From a virus (taxonomy: Duplodnaviria > Heunggongvirae > Uroviricota > Caudoviricetes), in IMG/VR virus record IMGVR_UViG_3300033121_001335, positions 1 through 64,000 of that record: a stretch of DNA of 64,000 nt. One strand, given 5' to 3'. Made by a program: the position numbers and the translations under genes. Positions 28,612 through 38,920 of this stretch are shown piece after piece; position 1 is the first letter of the stretch, and every line of letters begins with the position of its first letter. Under the pieces are notes generated by a model. The model was not told the origin of the DNA. It saw nothing but the letters and a program-made list of their open reading frames with translations, and made no database searches.

Positions 28612-28842
28612 ATGAAAACAGGTGATGTAGTTATAAGAACAGCAGATGAATTTATGGGAATGAAAAAAGGAGATTTAGCCACTGTAGTGTCATACAATCT
28701 AGAACTAAGTGGGTTAGCTGACATTACTCTTGAAGAATTTGCTGGTCAACATTCAAATAGTAGTTTAAGACTAGCAACACCTGAAGAAATACAAGCTAAG
28801 GGATTTGTGTTAAAAATAGCGGAACCATTGATGTTTAACTAA
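28612..28842 (+). CDS. small protein, C-terminal xP[LQ][IL]FN family (ends AEPLMFN). N-terminal KTGDVVI barrel-like module.
   Basis: 76-aa ORF. The terminal codons are ttg atg ttt aac taa. Confidence 0.5.
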   Translation: MKTGDVVIRTADEFMGMKKGDLATVVSYNLELSGLADITLEEFAGQHSNSSLRLATPEEIQAKGFVLKIAEPLMFN

Positions 28843-29136
28843 TTAAATATTCCCTGCCGTATTTAATAATTATTAAATAACATGATAATTTCATGGGGTG
28901 AATATGCAGGCCACAAGGCTATTTCTATAGCTCTTGTCTTTTTTTAACATTTAAAATTAAAAATTATGAAAAAAGCAATGTTTACGGATAAAATGGCCAG
29001 AGAATCATTTATATTTTCTCCTCCAGAAAAAAAGGATAAGAGATGTAGTAATAATAAAATATATTCTACACCAAAAATTAATGTAAAATCTGTTGCTAAA
29101 AAACAATCTTTAGGACTCAATTAAAAACACATTGCT

Positions 29137-29334
29137 ATGACAAATGGAAAAATTGATTCTTTTGTAGAGCAGCTGATAGAATTCGATAGTGCGTATACAC
29201 CTATACATTTATTAGAAATATGTTCTAATAAAGAAATCCTCAGAAAAACAGAAGATGAAAATCATAAAAAGAAGGATTGGGCTTTAATACAGGCATTTGG
29301 CACTATGGAATATTTTATATTTTGTAACAATTAA
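29137..29334 (+). CDS. hypothetical small protein
   Basis: 65-aa ORF ending FIFCNN, which is not the canonical family tail. Confidence 0.3.
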   Translation: MTNGKIDSFVEQLIEFDSAYTPIHLLEICSNKEILRKTEDENHKKKDWALIQAFGTMEYFIFCNN

Positions 29335-29361
29335 AATTAAATAAAAATTAAAAACAAAGTT

Positions 29362-29619
29362 ATGGGTACAACAACTAATGGAGTTTATGTAGGAGGGCGC
29401 TCTGAGAGGCGTTCTAAAGCTCGTCAGCAGCTTGAAAAACAATTAGAGCTTGGCACTAAACCAAGAAAAACTGGCGTTAAATGGTCTGATTATAAGCCTG
29501 AGGAGCTTATTTGGACAGTGCCGGAAAAACCAGATGAAAAGCCTAAACCAATCGCTGTTAAATTAACAGAATCAGACAAAAAAAGAATAAACAAAGAGTT
29601 GGAGGCTCTTTCAAAATGA
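29362..29619 (+). CDS. hypothetical basic protein
   Basis: 85-aa Lys/Arg-rich ORF followed by a terminator. Confidence 0.4.
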   Translation: MGTTTNGVYVGGRSERRSKARQQLEKQLELGTKPRKTGVKWSDYKPEELIWTVPEKPDEKPKPIAVKLTESDKKRINKELEALSK

Positions 29620-29675
29620 GAAAAATAGTCATATTAGGTTTTTAAATAAACATTTGTTGCAATATATAAACAAAA

Positions 29676-29702
29676 GCCTCTCTTTAATTAGAGGGGCTTT
29701 TT
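29676..29702 (+). terminator. rho-independent terminator
   Basis: gcctctct-ttaatt-agaggggc followed by ttttt. Confidence 0.6.
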
Positions 29703-29714
29703 AAATTTTAAAAC

Positions 29715-29954
29715 ATGAAAGCAAAAAATTTAAAAAAAGGACTTAATTATAGAATAACTAGGAGTAATCATTTAACAAGTCATTTTAAAAATAACACTGA
29801 AATCACGGTGAGTAATATAAAAAATGGTAGAATTTATTGGGAAGCAAAAAATGGTGATGAAGATGATTTTGATATGGGTTCTCAGGTGGATTACGAAACA
29901 GAATTTGAACTAATAACATCAAATTCTGAACAACATCCATTAATATTCAATTAA
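29715..29954 (+). CDS. small protein, PLIFN family (ends QHPLIFN)
   Basis: 79 aa. Terminal codons cca tta ata ttc aat taa. Confidence 0.5.
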   Translation: MKAKNLKKGLNYRITRSNHLTSHFKNNTEITVSNIKNGRIYWEAKNGDEDDFDMGSQVDYETEFELITSNSEQHPLIFN

Positions 29955-29959
29955 AAAAT

Positions 29960-30196
29960 ATGAAACAAAGCACTACACCCCTGTTCTTTAATTACGGCTC
30001 TACAGCTAAAATAAGAATAAAAAAGGAAAATTGTTATGAAAATCCTGATTATCCTTGCTTATATGGAATTGTAACTAAAAAGCTTTGTTTCACCCTTCCC
30101 AAAGCTGCTGTAATAATGACAAAAACTCATGTATATATTCCTAATGAAATATACAGACAAGCATTAACAAAATATTATCAAAATGTAAAACTATGA
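29960..30196 (+). CDS. hypothetical small protein
   Basis: 78-aa ORF without the family tail. Confidence 0.35.
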   Translation: MKQSTTPLFFNYGSTAKIRIKKENCYENPDYPCLYGIVTKKLCFTLPKAAVIMTKTHVYIPNEIYRQALTKYYQNVKL

Positions 30197-30453
30197 GCTA
30201 TGAATTAATAAGGAATCTTCCTAATAGCGGAATATTTTGGAAACTTACTAAAGAACAAGAGGATTGTCTAATAAGAATTCTTAAAAATAAGGGGTTAAGA
30301 ATAGGCTCAAAACAAGAAAAATCAACCGATTCCAATATAGCTTGGTATCCTAGTGGATATTGTAATTACATAAAGAACAAAACTTCTCTTTCCACTTATA
30401 AATTCACTGATTATTTCAGAGAGAGTATTTTTACACCCTTAATATTTAACTAA
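30193..30453 (+). CDS. small protein, PLIFN family (ends FTPLIFN)
   Basis: 86 aa. Terminal codons ccc tta ata ttt aac taa. Confidence 0.5.
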   Translation: MSYELIRNLPNSGIFWKLTKEQEDCLIRILKNKGLRIGSKQEKSTDSNIAWYPSGYCNYIKNKTSLSTYKFTDYFRESIFTPLIFN

Positions 30454-30696
30454 ATGAATATAAACAATTTACCAGAGGAACTGAGAGCTTTGGCTTTATT
30501 AAGAGCTGAAAAACCCTCACGTTATAAAAATTTTAATAAACATGATGAGAGGCTGAATTATATGTTTGATTGGCAGGGTAGCCTCGAAGGATACGGATTT
30601 TGGATGAGGGCTTATGACAGTAACTACACAACAGAAGACATTAATTATGCTGCTCATATTTTAAATATTGAATCATTCCCTCAAATCTTTAATTAA
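30454..30696 (+). CDS. small protein, PQIFN family (ends SFPQIFN)
   Basis: 80 aa. Its start abuts the previous stop. Confidence 0.5.
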   Translation: MNINNLPEELRALALLRAEKPSRYKNFNKHDERLNYMFDWQGSLEGYGFWMRAYDSNYTTEDINYAAHILNIESFPQIFN

Positions 30697-31037
30697 TGGA
30701 ATATAATAAGTTAACAGAAAAAGATGTAGGCAGATGTATATGTGTTTCCGATTCCACTGACTTTTTTATGATAGGATATGTTCATCCAGAATTTCATGTG
30801 GAAAATGATTCCGACACCACTGAATTTAGAGGAAAATTCACATATTATATATCGGCAGACAAAAAGTTTAGCAAAGATGCAATTTGGTGTTATGTGGCAA
30901 GTAGAAGGGGTTATAGAGAGGCCACTGAAAAACAGAAATATTGGCTTGATGTGTGTATTGCGGCTAATAAATATATACCCGAAAAAGAAGCTCTAAAAAA
31001 CTATAATTTAATTTCTGAACCACAAATTTTTAATTAA
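30696..31037 (+). CDS. small protein, PQIFN family (ends SEPQIFN)
   Basis: 113 aa. TAATG stop/start overlap at both ends. Confidence 0.5.
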   Translation: MEYNKLTEKDVGRCICVSDSTDFFMIGYVHPEFHVENDSDTTEFRGKFTYYISADKKFSKDAIWCYVASRRGYREATEKQKYWLDVCIAANKYIPEKEALKNYNLISEPQIFN

Positions 31038-31312
31038 TGGATTTAGCAGACATACAAATAGGGCAGTGGTATGCATCTAATAATAAAGAACAGCCTAATT
31101 ATCATTTTAAAGCATCAGAAATATATGTTAAGAGCAAAAAGGCTAAAGTGTTAAAAGTGGGACGTTGGAAACACCAGCCTGCTGGCTATGGCGAAATGTC
31201 AAATCCTGATTATTGGAGAAATGCCACCCCTGTAAACTATTTAAACATAGAACATCTCATACCAGATGAATTTAAAGAAAATAGAGAAACAGAGCCACTA
31301 TTATTTAATTAA
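31037..31312 (+). CDS. small protein, PLLFN family (ends TEPLLFN)
   Basis: 91 aa. Confidence 0.5.
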   Translation: MDLADIQIGQWYASNNKEQPNYHFKASEIYVKSKKAKVLKVGRWKHQPAGYGEMSNPDYWRNATPVNYLNIEHLIPDEFKENRETEPLLFN

Positions 31313-31323
31313 AACTATATAAT

Positions 31324-31608
31324 ATGAAACATAAATTACCATTTTATGTAGTGATAAGTCGGTCAGGACCTAATAATAGCGGCCATCCAAATTATAAAAC
31401 ATCAGCTATATATAAGGATGGACAACAATATTTTAAGGTGGTGGATATTTCTACAAATAAAGAACATGGTAACACTGAGAATCATGTAACATACATCACG
31501 GAGGATGGTTACCACTTGTGGAGTATGTGTGTTAATGAAGTGTCAGAACAAGAGTATATAACAAATAGGGGGCTTGAATTAATTCATGAACCTCAAATAT
31601 TCAATTAA
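31324..31608 (+). CDS. small protein, PQIFN family (ends HEPQIFN)
   Basis: 94 aa. Terminal codons cct caa ata ttc aat taa. Confidence 0.5.
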   Translation: MKHKLPFYVVISRSGPNNSGHPNYKTSAIYKDGQQYFKVVDISTNKEHGNTENHVTYITEDGYHLWSMCVNEVSEQEYITNRGLELIHEPQIFN

Positions 31609-31654
31609 GGAATCAATTTTTAATTATAAACAAACAAATCAAAAAACAAACAAA

Positions 31655-32119
31655 ATGGCAACAAAAAAGCAAGAAACAATCACAGCATTGACAGTACAAT
31701 CATCAGTTCCAGATGCTTTACAAGCAATTAATGCACGCATCGCAGCAATGAAACACATTCAGGAATGTGTGTATTTAACATCTGGTAAAATCACTACAGG
31801 CAGTGGTGGACAAAAGGATATTAAAGAAGAAAAGAATGTTACAGAATTAGTGAAGGCTTTTTCTGGTATTCTCTTCCGTGCCAAAGCCATCGAAGAAGCC
31901 TATGACGAATTAGGTATTGATTCATATCCAGCTGTAAAGGTGGATGGTGGTACAGTGGAAGAGTGGAAAAAAGACATTCTTCTCCGTATTGAAATCATCA
32001 ATCAAAAAGACACTCTGGATGAATTAAACAGCTTAAAGAAAGAGTGGGAAGATTTGATGGACAAAGAAGATAAGAAAGCAATGCTTGTGAAAAAAATGGA
32101 AAAATTCGCCAACGGCTGA
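31655..32119 (+). CDS. hypothetical protein. Start chosen at the internal ATG (MATKKQ...), because the 5' extension of the tracked ORF overlaps the previous gene.
   Basis: The ORF-track entry 31586-32119 overlaps the end of 31324-31608 in another frame. The in-frame ATG at 31655 follows an A-rich leader. Confidence 0.4.
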   Translation: MATKKQETITALTVQSSVPDALQAINARIAAMKHIQECVYLTSGKITTGSGGQKDIKEEKNVTELVKAFSGILFRAKAIEEAYDELGIDSYPAVKVDGGTVEEWKKDILLRIEIINQKDTLDELNSLKKEWEDLMDKEDKKAMLVKKMEKFANG

Positions 32120-32143
32120 TTTTTTTGTTGATTATTAAACTAA

Positions 32144-32179
32144 AGGGTGTGTAGTTTTTATAGCTGCACACCCTTTTTA
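32144..32179 (+). terminator. rho-independent terminator
   Basis: agggtgtg...cacaccct followed by ttttt. Confidence 0.6.
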
Positions 32180-32190
32180 AATTTTATTTT

Positions 32191-32451
32191 ATGAGAAATA
32201 TAATGGATTTTGATGGAAACAGAGAGCAAATAGCAGTTAATAACAATGAAGAGTTTAAAAAATTAATTCCAATTTTAAACCTAAGATTTAAAGGCTGGAA
32301 AGAAGGAATGGGAAGTGGGGATTATCCACTTTATATTATACTGGAGGGAGCATGGGATGGACATACAAACATTAAACAAATTCATAAAGCCGTAATACAA
32401 GCCTCAGAATATTATACAGAACAAGAATGTATTTCTAATATATTTAATTAA
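32191..32451 (+). CDS. small protein, family variant (ends CISNIFN)
   Basis: 86 aa. Confidence 0.45.
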   Translation: MRNIMDFDGNREQIAVNNNEEFKKLIPILNLRFKGWKEGMGSGDYPLYIILEGAWDGHTNIKQIHKAVIQASEYYTEQECISNIFN

Positions 32452-32464
32452 AACTCAGTGTTTT

Positions 32465-32734
32465 ATGGAAAAATGGTGTATTTTAAGAACCAAAGAAAAT
32501 TATATAGAACTTAACGATTGGTTTAATAAAAAGTATGGTTTAGAACTTTCAGACTGTAAAGGATATTTGCATTCTTATGTGGTGTCTCCTAATTGTGTTG
32601 TACCCTATTTAATGAGTATTTATAGCGATGGTCAAAGAGACAAAGAGGCCACAATAATAACAATAGAACAATTCAGAGAGCTAACGAAAGCTCCTGTTGA
32701 TAATAAAACTTTTGAGCCACAAATATTTAATTAA
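32465..32734 (+). CDS. small protein, PQIFN family (ends FEPQIFN)
   Basis: 89 aa. Confidence 0.5.
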   Translation: MEKWCILRTKENYIELNDWFNKKYGLELSDCKGYLHSYVVSPNCVVPYLMSIYSDGQRDKEATIITIEQFRELTKAPVDNKTFEPQIFN

Positions 32735-32740
32735 TGTATT

Positions 32741-33043
32741 ATGAGAATGAATGAATTAGAAATAGGAAATTATTATAAATCCATATGGGGTAGTGGAGAA
32801 CAATATGGTATTATAAGATATGACAATATGTTCACGGACATTAAGAGTAGTAATTATGTACATGATAATTATGTTTATTTAGGTTACAATAAAACCATAA
32901 CTGCTAAGGGGGATGGCAGCGGTGCCAGTAATGAATGGAAACCATGCACTGAAGAGGAAATAAGGATATTTGAAGACCAATTTGAAAAGCAGTTTGGCAA
33001 TAAAAAGAATAAAAAAGCATTTACGCCCTTAATATTTAACTAA
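32741..33043 (+). CDS. small protein, PLIFN family (ends FTPLIFN)
   Basis: 100 aa. Confidence 0.5.
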   Translation: MRMNELEIGNYYKSIWGSGEQYGIIRYDNMFTDIKSSNYVHDNYVYLGYNKTITAKGDGSGASNEWKPCTEEEIRIFEDQFEKQFGNKKNKKAFTPLIFN

Positions 33044-33199
33044 TTAAGGCCAATTATAGCACTCGTTTGAAATAAAACGTGAGGAAATAATAATCCAAGA
33101 TGCGTCCATAAATGCATTTGGACAAGGGTGCTTTTCATCATCCTATTTGGCCTGTGGTGCTATAAATTGGTTTTTTAATAAATTAAAAAATAAATTAAT

Positions 33200-33472
33200 A
33201 TGATAACAGAATTACCTAAAAAATGGGCAATAAGATGCACTCCAGAGAGTTCTAATTTTATAAATAAATTTTATCAAGACCATTTAAAAGAATATGAAGG
33301 TTGTAAGGGGAGATTTCCAGTAGTAATAGATGCATATTTACATTATCCTCAACATACATCAGCTTGTCATTCTAGAATGAATGGACCTGCTGAAAATTAT
33401 ACAGTGATTTCTTTTTTAGAATTTTGTACATTCGTGCTAAATCATTCAGACGAACCACAACTATTTAATTAA
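33200..33472 (+). CDS. small protein, PQLFN family (ends DEPQLFN). N-terminal LPKKWAI module.
   Basis: 90 aa. Confidence 0.5.
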   Translation: MITELPKKWAIRCTPESSNFINKFYQDHLKEYEGCKGRFPVVIDAYLHYPQHTSACHSRMNGPAENYTVISFLEFCTFVLNHSDEPQLFN

Positions 33473-33490
33473 CAAATAAAAACAAACAAA

Positions 33491-33718
33491 ATGAATCAGC
33501 AATTGACAAATTCCTATGCTCCAACACTATTTGGAAGTCCTAACATTATGGTTAAAACAGACTATAGTGTTTTTAAACAAACAGATGAGCAAAAGTCTGA
33601 TGCTATAGCAGCTAAATGGCAACATAAAATTTTTATGAATAAAAATGGCATTAATCCTAAAAAGCATCTAAACATCCCTATTTACAGACTTGAGCAATCT
33701 ATTAAATTTAGTACATAA
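33491..33718 (+). CDS. hypothetical small protein
   Basis: 75-aa ORF without the family tail. Confidence 0.35.
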   Translation: MNQQLTNSYAPTLFGSPNIMVKTDYSVFKQTDEQKSDAIAAKWQHKIFMNKNGINPKKHLNIPIYRLEQSIKFST

Positions 33719-33800
33719 TGACACCACACCATAAAAGAAAAATACATCCCATAGAACTGGTTGTTTCTATTATAGAGTTTGTGGGATTTTTATATTTATA

Positions 33801-34670
33801 TTGCTTATTAAAAACTATTTAAAAATGGAAAAAACTAATTATTTAGAAACGAAATATCAGGGGATTATTCCCTATCAAATAGAAGAAGGAAAAAAACATA
33901 TTACGTTAGCCCCCGGTGTATATCAACTTGGCTATTATGAAATTGCTCCTATGTGTATTGTTGACCACTTTATGCCATTAAAAGAGCAAGACAGTCTTAT
34001 AAGATTTAAAGATAGTGTTGTTGACGATGTAGTGAATAAGGTGGATAAATTCTTTTCTCAGAATAGTGTAGATGCCTATAAAGAATTAAAATTAGTGCAT
34101 AAAATGGGCATGATTATACATGGTCCTCATGGAACAGGTAAAACAAGTTCTGCTATGTTAGCCCTAAGAGCTATAGCTAAAAAATATGATGCTATATGTC
34201 TTGATTGTACGCCCAGAACTTTAAATAACTGTATAAACACTATAAAAAATATCAGACAGCACCAAAAAAATCCCATTATAATGTTTATGGATGAATTTGA
34301 GGTGGAAATGAGAGAAAGAGAGGAGCAGTGGCTGCCATTTTTAGATGGGACAGGAAGTTTTGAGAATTTTGTTTTTATAGCTTGCACCAATTATATAGAC
34401 AAAATTCCTGATAGGATAAAAGATAGAAAATCCAGAATTAAACACATTGTGGAAATTAAGGGACTGCCAATGGCTGTATATTCTGAATATATTAAAGACA
34501 GACTTCCAAATTTAAAATCTGAAGAGTTAGCCGAATTTGCTTTTAAAGCTGAAAATGAAAAATTGACTATTGACCAAGTGAAAAATGCTCTTATAGATTA
34601 CAGAATTGAGGGCTGGTCTATAGACAAGGCTATAAAGGTGGCAGCTTCTATAAAGGACGAATCTATTTAA
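33801..34670 (+). CDS. AAA+ ATPase
   Basis: Walker A (IIHGPHGTGKTSSAM), Walker B (IIMFMDEFE) and a sensor-like C-terminal region. Confidence 0.65.
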   Translation: MLIKNYLKMEKTNYLETKYQGIIPYQIEEGKKHITLAPGVYQLGYYEIAPMCIVDHFMPLKEQDSLIRFKDSVVDDVVNKVDKFFSQNSVDAYKELKLVHKMGMIIHGPHGTGKTSSAMLALRAIAKKYDAICLDCTPRTLNNCINTIKNIRQHQKNPIIMFMDEFEVEMREREEQWLPFLDGTGSFENFVFIACTNYIDKIPDRIKDRKSRIKHIVEIKGLPMAVYSEYIKDRLPNLKSEELAEFAFKAENEKLTIDQVKNALIDYRIEGWSIDKAIKVAASIKDESI

Positions 34671-34693
34671 TCAAAATTTGAAACTAAATTATT

Positions 34694-34990
34694 ATGAGTT
34701 TATTTCCAATTCGAAAATTAAGATATGTAAAAGTGGAATCTCCATTCTTGCCTGTAAAACCCGAAAATAAGCCAGAATTTGTCTATCATGGAAGAAAAGC
34801 TTTTAGAAACCCGCCAGAGCTATTACAAGCCTATTTAAAAGGGGGTAGAAGATTTTCTGAGAAAAGGAGAGAAGAAATAAAAGAGCTCTATCCTGCCCAA
34901 ATAAAGGCTAAACCAAGGCAGAGCTTGTGGCCCAATTGTAAAACAGTGTTGGATGCTGTATTTAGTCCATTTTTAAAACCTGTAATATGA
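34694..34990 (+). CDS. hypothetical basic protein
   Basis: 98-aa ORF. Confidence 0.35.
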   Translation: MSLFPIRKLRYVKVESPFLPVKPENKPEFVYHGRKAFRNPPELLQAYLKGGRRFSEKRREEIKELYPAQIKAKPRQSLWPNCKTVLDAVFSPFLKPVI

Positions 34991-35171
34991 AATACACTGA
35001 ACAAGGATGGCATATTGAATATGACCCCTCTATAACTGAAGAAATGTTTAATGAGTTTGTAAAAACCCTTTCTAATGATGGTATTACTTTCTTTAAAAAG
35101 CTTCAACTGGAGAATAACGAAGAAGTGGAATCAGAAGCTTAATTATTTTATTAGCTTAATTATTTTAAAAA

Positions 35172-35203
35172 CAGGGGGAAGGACAAATTCTCCCTGTTTT
35201 TTA
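35172..35203 (+). terminator. rho-independent terminator
   Basis: cagggggaagg...ctccctg followed by tttttt. Confidence 0.55.
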
Positions 35204-35228
35204 TAACATTTAATTAAAAACATCAGTT

Positions 35229-35483
35229 ATGGACGAATTATTAGAACAAGCACAAAAAGACTATCCTATAGGAACTAAATTTAAAGTGGCTCATATAGAC
35301 CACAATCCTTCTGAATATATTGTAGCTGGTGGTTGGAGGTGGGAAGATAATGAAAAAAGAGTCATTCTTTGTGATGTCGTTGGAAGCGCAACGGGCTATG
35401 CCCCCTGTCTTAAATACAAGAACACATGGGCTCCTATAATAGAATTAGGAAACATTATTTTCGAACCATTAATATTTAATTAA
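35229..35483 (+). CDS. small protein, PLIFN family (ends FEPLIFN)
   Basis: 84 aa. Confidence 0.5.
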   Translation: MDELLEQAQKDYPIGTKFKVAHIDHNPSEYIVAGGWRWEDNEKRVILCDVVGSATGYAPCLKYKNTWAPIIELGNIIFEPLIFN

Positions 35484-35484
35484 T

Positions 35485-35745
35485 ATGAAACATGAAAACT
35501 TTATAGTGCAAGTGAAGACTGAAGAAGAGTTTTTAAGTGTTCTCAAATCTATGGAACACTCGCTTCCAATTTTAACATATAGTTCACACAAAGATAGTTA
35601 TAAACAGTTTGTTCCACCCACTGGTGTGTATTATATAGGTGTTCATAATAATTCTGGGTGGTATAATGGCAGCTGTTCCTATCCCTTTATAACTTTTGAA
35701 GAATTTTTACAGAAAGAAAAATCCGAGTGTATAATATTTAATTAA
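35485..35745 (+). CDS. small protein, family variant (ends SECIIFN)
   Basis: 86 aa. Confidence 0.45.
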   Translation: MKHENFIVQVKTEEEFLSVLKSMEHSLPILTYSSHKDSYKQFVPPTGVYYIGVHNNSGWYNGSCSYPFITFEEFLQKEKSECIIFN

Positions 35746-35917
35746 ATTCTTTTATGAATATATGTACGAAAATCAAGCAGAGATTTAATGAGCTAAGGAT
35801 AAAAGGTAAAAAGAGTATAAAATTTGATAAAAAGGAAACAACAGAAAAGCAACTGGAAGAACTCAGAGAATGTGGATATACAGTAAAAGAAATTAATAAT
35901 AATATAATTATATCAGA

Positions 35918-36208
35918 ATGAAAACAATAGATTATGCTGCGGGAGACATAGTAGTGTGTTTGCGGGCTATAAAAGATAGGGGCGGTAAGCATAAACAGTC
36001 TAAATCGGTTATAAAAGACTATTTTTACAAATGCATTGGTGTATATAATCCCACTGTATATAATCCAAAAGAGGGTATCACTTGTGGATTAGACGGCTTT
36101 ACATTTATTCTTACAGCTTCTAGGTTTAGAAAGGCCACAGAAGAGGAGCTGTTATTATATAATTCAGGAGCTAAATCTATTAATGTACAATATATAATTT
36201 TTAATTAA
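35918..36208 (+). CDS. small protein, family variant (ends VQYIIFN)
   Basis: 96 aa. Confidence 0.45.
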   Translation: MKTIDYAAGDIVVCLRAIKDRGGKHKQSKSVIKDYFYKCIGVYNPTVYNPKEGITCGLDGFTFILTASRFRKATEEELLLYNSGAKSINVQYIIFN

Positions 36209-36474
36209 TGAATCAACATATAATGGAAAATCTAAAAAACGCTTTTATTCCCGGTGTAAAATTTAAAAGACACCCTAATCATGTAACTTGTCTTAAAGAC
36301 AAAATATACACTGTAGCTTCTCCACTTAGGATAGTCAGCGGGAACACTACAGAAGATTTAATGGTGTGTACAGTTGAAGAAGCTTATGTACATATATGCA
36401 ATAATGGAAAAGATTGGGCTACTATTCTAGAATCTAATCCTGTAATAAATGATAATCCCTTAATATTTAACTAA
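36208..36474 (+). CDS. small protein, PLIFN family (ends NDNPLIFN)
   Basis: 88 aa. Confidence 0.5.
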   Translation: MNQHIMENLKNAFIPGVKFKRHPNHVTCLKDKIYTVASPLRIVSGNTTEDLMVCTVEEAYVHICNNGKDWATILESNPVINDNPLIFN

Positions 36475-36863
36475 TGAGTAGTATAAAATTTAATCCAATA
36501 GAAAGATTTATAATAATAGAGCCTGTAATAGATGAAGTGTATTGGCTTCAGTTTTATGATGATAGGTCTAAAACTCAACCCACTGATTATTTATGGCTCA
36601 CTAGATGGGGAAAAGACGGAAACAATAAATTTTCAATATGTACATATCATAATGAAAAATATAAAAACAGTTGGTATTCTGAAGATGTTGCAATTTTTAC
36701 ATCTTCTATATCTGGTAATAGACATAATTTATATTTACCAAGAACAGAAGAACTAGTTTGGCACAGAGCAATGGAACTCATTGGAAAAACCAGTCCCGTT
36801 TCAAATATAGAAGAGTGGCTTAAAAAAACTACAATTAATAATGATATTTTAATATTTAATTAA
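36474..36863 (+). CDS. small protein, family variant (ends NNDILIFN)
   Basis: 129 aa. Confidence 0.45.
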   Translation: MSSIKFNPIERFIIIEPVIDEVYWLQFYDDRSKTQPTDYLWLTRWGKDGNNKFSICTYHNEKYKNSWYSEDVAIFTSSISGNRHNLYLPRTEELVWHRAMELIGKTSPVSNIEEWLKKTTINNDILIFN

Positions 36864-37093
36864 TGGGAAATAAGGCAGATGAGGCTAAAGATGCCATAGA
36901 TGAGCTTCTTAAAGAAAAAGAAAGCGAAATAGAAGATTTACAATCAGAACTAGATGATATGACATCAGAAAAAGATGATTTACAAGAGCAATTGGATGAA
37001 TATAAAGAAGAAAATAAGAATCTAAAAGATATTATAGAAGCATTAGAAAACAAAATTAAACAATTAACAGCTATTCCTCATATATTTAATTAA
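36863..37093 (+). CDS. small acidic coiled-coil protein, family member (ends AIPHIFN)
   Basis: 76 aa. Confidence 0.5.
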   Translation: MGNKADEAKDAIDELLKEKESEIEDLQSELDDMTSEKDDLQEQLDEYKEENKNLKDIIEALENKIKQLTAIPHIFN

Positions 37094-37095
37094 TT

Positions 37096-37299
37096 ATGAA
37101 ACAATCAAAAGGCGTATTAATAACAGAATTAATAGTGACACTATTTCTGATGATAAGTTATATATGGTTGTGTTTATCAGATGAAGCCTCTGGGGGAATA
37201 TCCACAATGGTAGTTTGGTTTGTAGGATATATAACAATATTAGATAAAATTACTAAATTTGTAACATGGAATTTTGACCCCCAAAATTATAAAATATGA
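37096..37299 (+). CDS. small membrane protein (two transmembrane helices)
   Basis: Hydrophobic segments LITELIVTLFLMISYIWLCL and MVVWFVGYITIL. Confidence 0.35.
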   Translation: MKQSKGVLITELIVTLFLMISYIWLCLSDEASGGISTMVVWFVGYITILDKITKFVTWNFDPQNYKI

Positions 37300-37874
37300 A
37301 TAAATTTAACTGGTTGAAAAGCTTTTTTAGTCCTTTTAAAAGACCCAAAATTAAATTATATATAGGAAAGACGACTATAGGCACTCCCTATTTTCTTCCT
37401 AGAAAATGGGTTAAAATACCAAAAGAAGAAGTTATAAAACAAGCCAAAGAAAAATATGATAAGTGTCCTAAAGAATATCAAACTTTGCATCATTATAACA
37501 GTTTATTAAATTGTTGTAAAGGGATGAAACAGCCTATTTCAAAGAAAATAGGATTTGATTTTGTGGGGTTGGGGTGGAAAACTAAATTTGGCGATTACAG
37601 ACACGAGTGGAATCCTGTATGGAGCTTTGTCTTTTTTAGGTGGCAAATAGCCATACAATTTATCCCTATTCATGATATGCATTATTGGGAAGCTTGGCTA
37701 TATTATGAATTAGACACAGACAAAAGATGTAATAAAATGGAGAGGATTGATATGTGTTTAAAAAAGGCCCCCCAAATTTGGACTAGCTATAATAAAGATG
37801 GTAGTAAAACCACCACTAATTATTACACTAAAATACTGAAAAAGAAATATTTAAAACTGATAAAAAATGAGTGA
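37296..37874 (+). CDS. hypothetical protein
   Basis: 192-aa ORF. Confidence 0.4.
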   Translation: MNKFNWLKSFFSPFKRPKIKLYIGKTTIGTPYFLPRKWVKIPKEEVIKQAKEKYDKCPKEYQTLHHYNSLLNCCKGMKQPISKKIGFDFVGLGWKTKFGDYRHEWNPVWSFVFFRWQIAIQFIPIHDMHYWEAWLYYELDTDKRCNKMERIDMCLKKAPQIWTSYNKDGSKTTTNYYTKILKKKYLKLIKNE

Positions 37875-38607
37875 AATAATAGCAATCGGTGATACACATG
37901 GCAGGGCTCTTTGGAAAGATGTTGTTGAAAAGCATAAAAATGCAGATAAAATAGTGTTGATTGGAGATTATTTTGATACACATGACGACATTTCTCCAGA
38001 ACTTCAAATGATAAATTTTAGGGAAATTTGTCAGTATAAAGAAGCTCATAAAGAACAAATTGTTCTGCTTATAGGTAATCATGATGAGCACTATTTTCCA
38101 TTTATGGGAAATTCTGGTACATCTGGATTTAATGCAGGAGCTGCTCCAGCAATAGGACACTTATTAATGACATACAAAGACCTGTTACAAATGGCTCATT
38201 ATGAGGATAATATATTATTTACCCATGCTGGTGTAGGAGAAACATGGTTTAATGCTAATATTCCCGAAATAAAAGAAGAATGGAGCGCTAAATATATGTC
38301 AGACAGCATTAATGATGTATGGAAATATAAACCTCTTTCTTTTAAATTTAACGGTTGGAGAGATTCATCGGGGGACGAAATAGGACAAACACCAATATGG
38401 ATAAGACCCAGAGCTTTATTACAAGACACTAAAAATATGAGAAAAGCTGGAATTATTCAAATAGTTGGACATACGCAGGTGACTAAAATTGATGTAGAGG
38501 GTAGTAAGAAAAATACAGGAGGGAAACTGTTTATGATAGATGCTCTGGGTACATCCGGAGAATATTTAGTTATTAAAGATGGAGAATTTATTGTTAAAAA
38601 ATGCTAA
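37867..38607 (+). CDS. Ser/Thr protein phosphatase, calcineurin-like metallophosphoesterase (PP-lambda type)
   Basis: Motifs GDTHGR, GDYFD and GNHDEHY. Confidence 0.7.
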   Translation: MSEIIAIGDTHGRALWKDVVEKHKNADKIVLIGDYFDTHDDISPELQMINFREICQYKEAHKEQIVLLIGNHDEHYFPFMGNSGTSGFNAGAAPAIGHLLMTYKDLLQMAHYEDNILFTHAGVGETWFNANIPEIKEEWSAKYMSDSINDVWKYKPLSFKFNGWRDSSGDEIGQTPIWIRPRALLQDTKNMRKAGIIQIVGHTQVTKIDVEGSKKNTGGKLFMIDALGTSGEYLVIKDGEFIVKKC

Positions 38608-38610
38608 AAT

Positions 38611-38907
38611 ATGAAATATAGTAAAGAATTAAATGGTGTGTACCACGCTAAAAATCATACATATACATATCTGGTAGAATTTAATAATGGAATTAGTGGA
38701 TGTGGATTAAAGAATGGCAATAATGCTAGAGATAATAATTTTGATGTATTTTTTACCACTTCTGATTTTAATAAAAATTCAGATGGTTATGACTACGTTT
38801 TAGCAGATGAACGCCATACAAATTGGCTGAAATCATGTAAGAAAATAGGAAAATTTACATTAGAAATAAAACAAATAGAATTGGTGGAACCATTATTATT
38901 TAATTAA
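38611..38907 (+). CDS. small protein, PLLFN family (ends VEPLLFN)
   Basis: 98 aa. Confidence 0.5.
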   Translation: MKYSKELNGVYHAKNHTYTYLVEFNNGISGCGLKNGNNARDNNFDVFFTTSDFNKNSDGYDYVLADERHTNWLKSCKKIGKFTLEIKQIELVEPLLFN

Positions 38908-38920
38908 AACAAGAAAAATT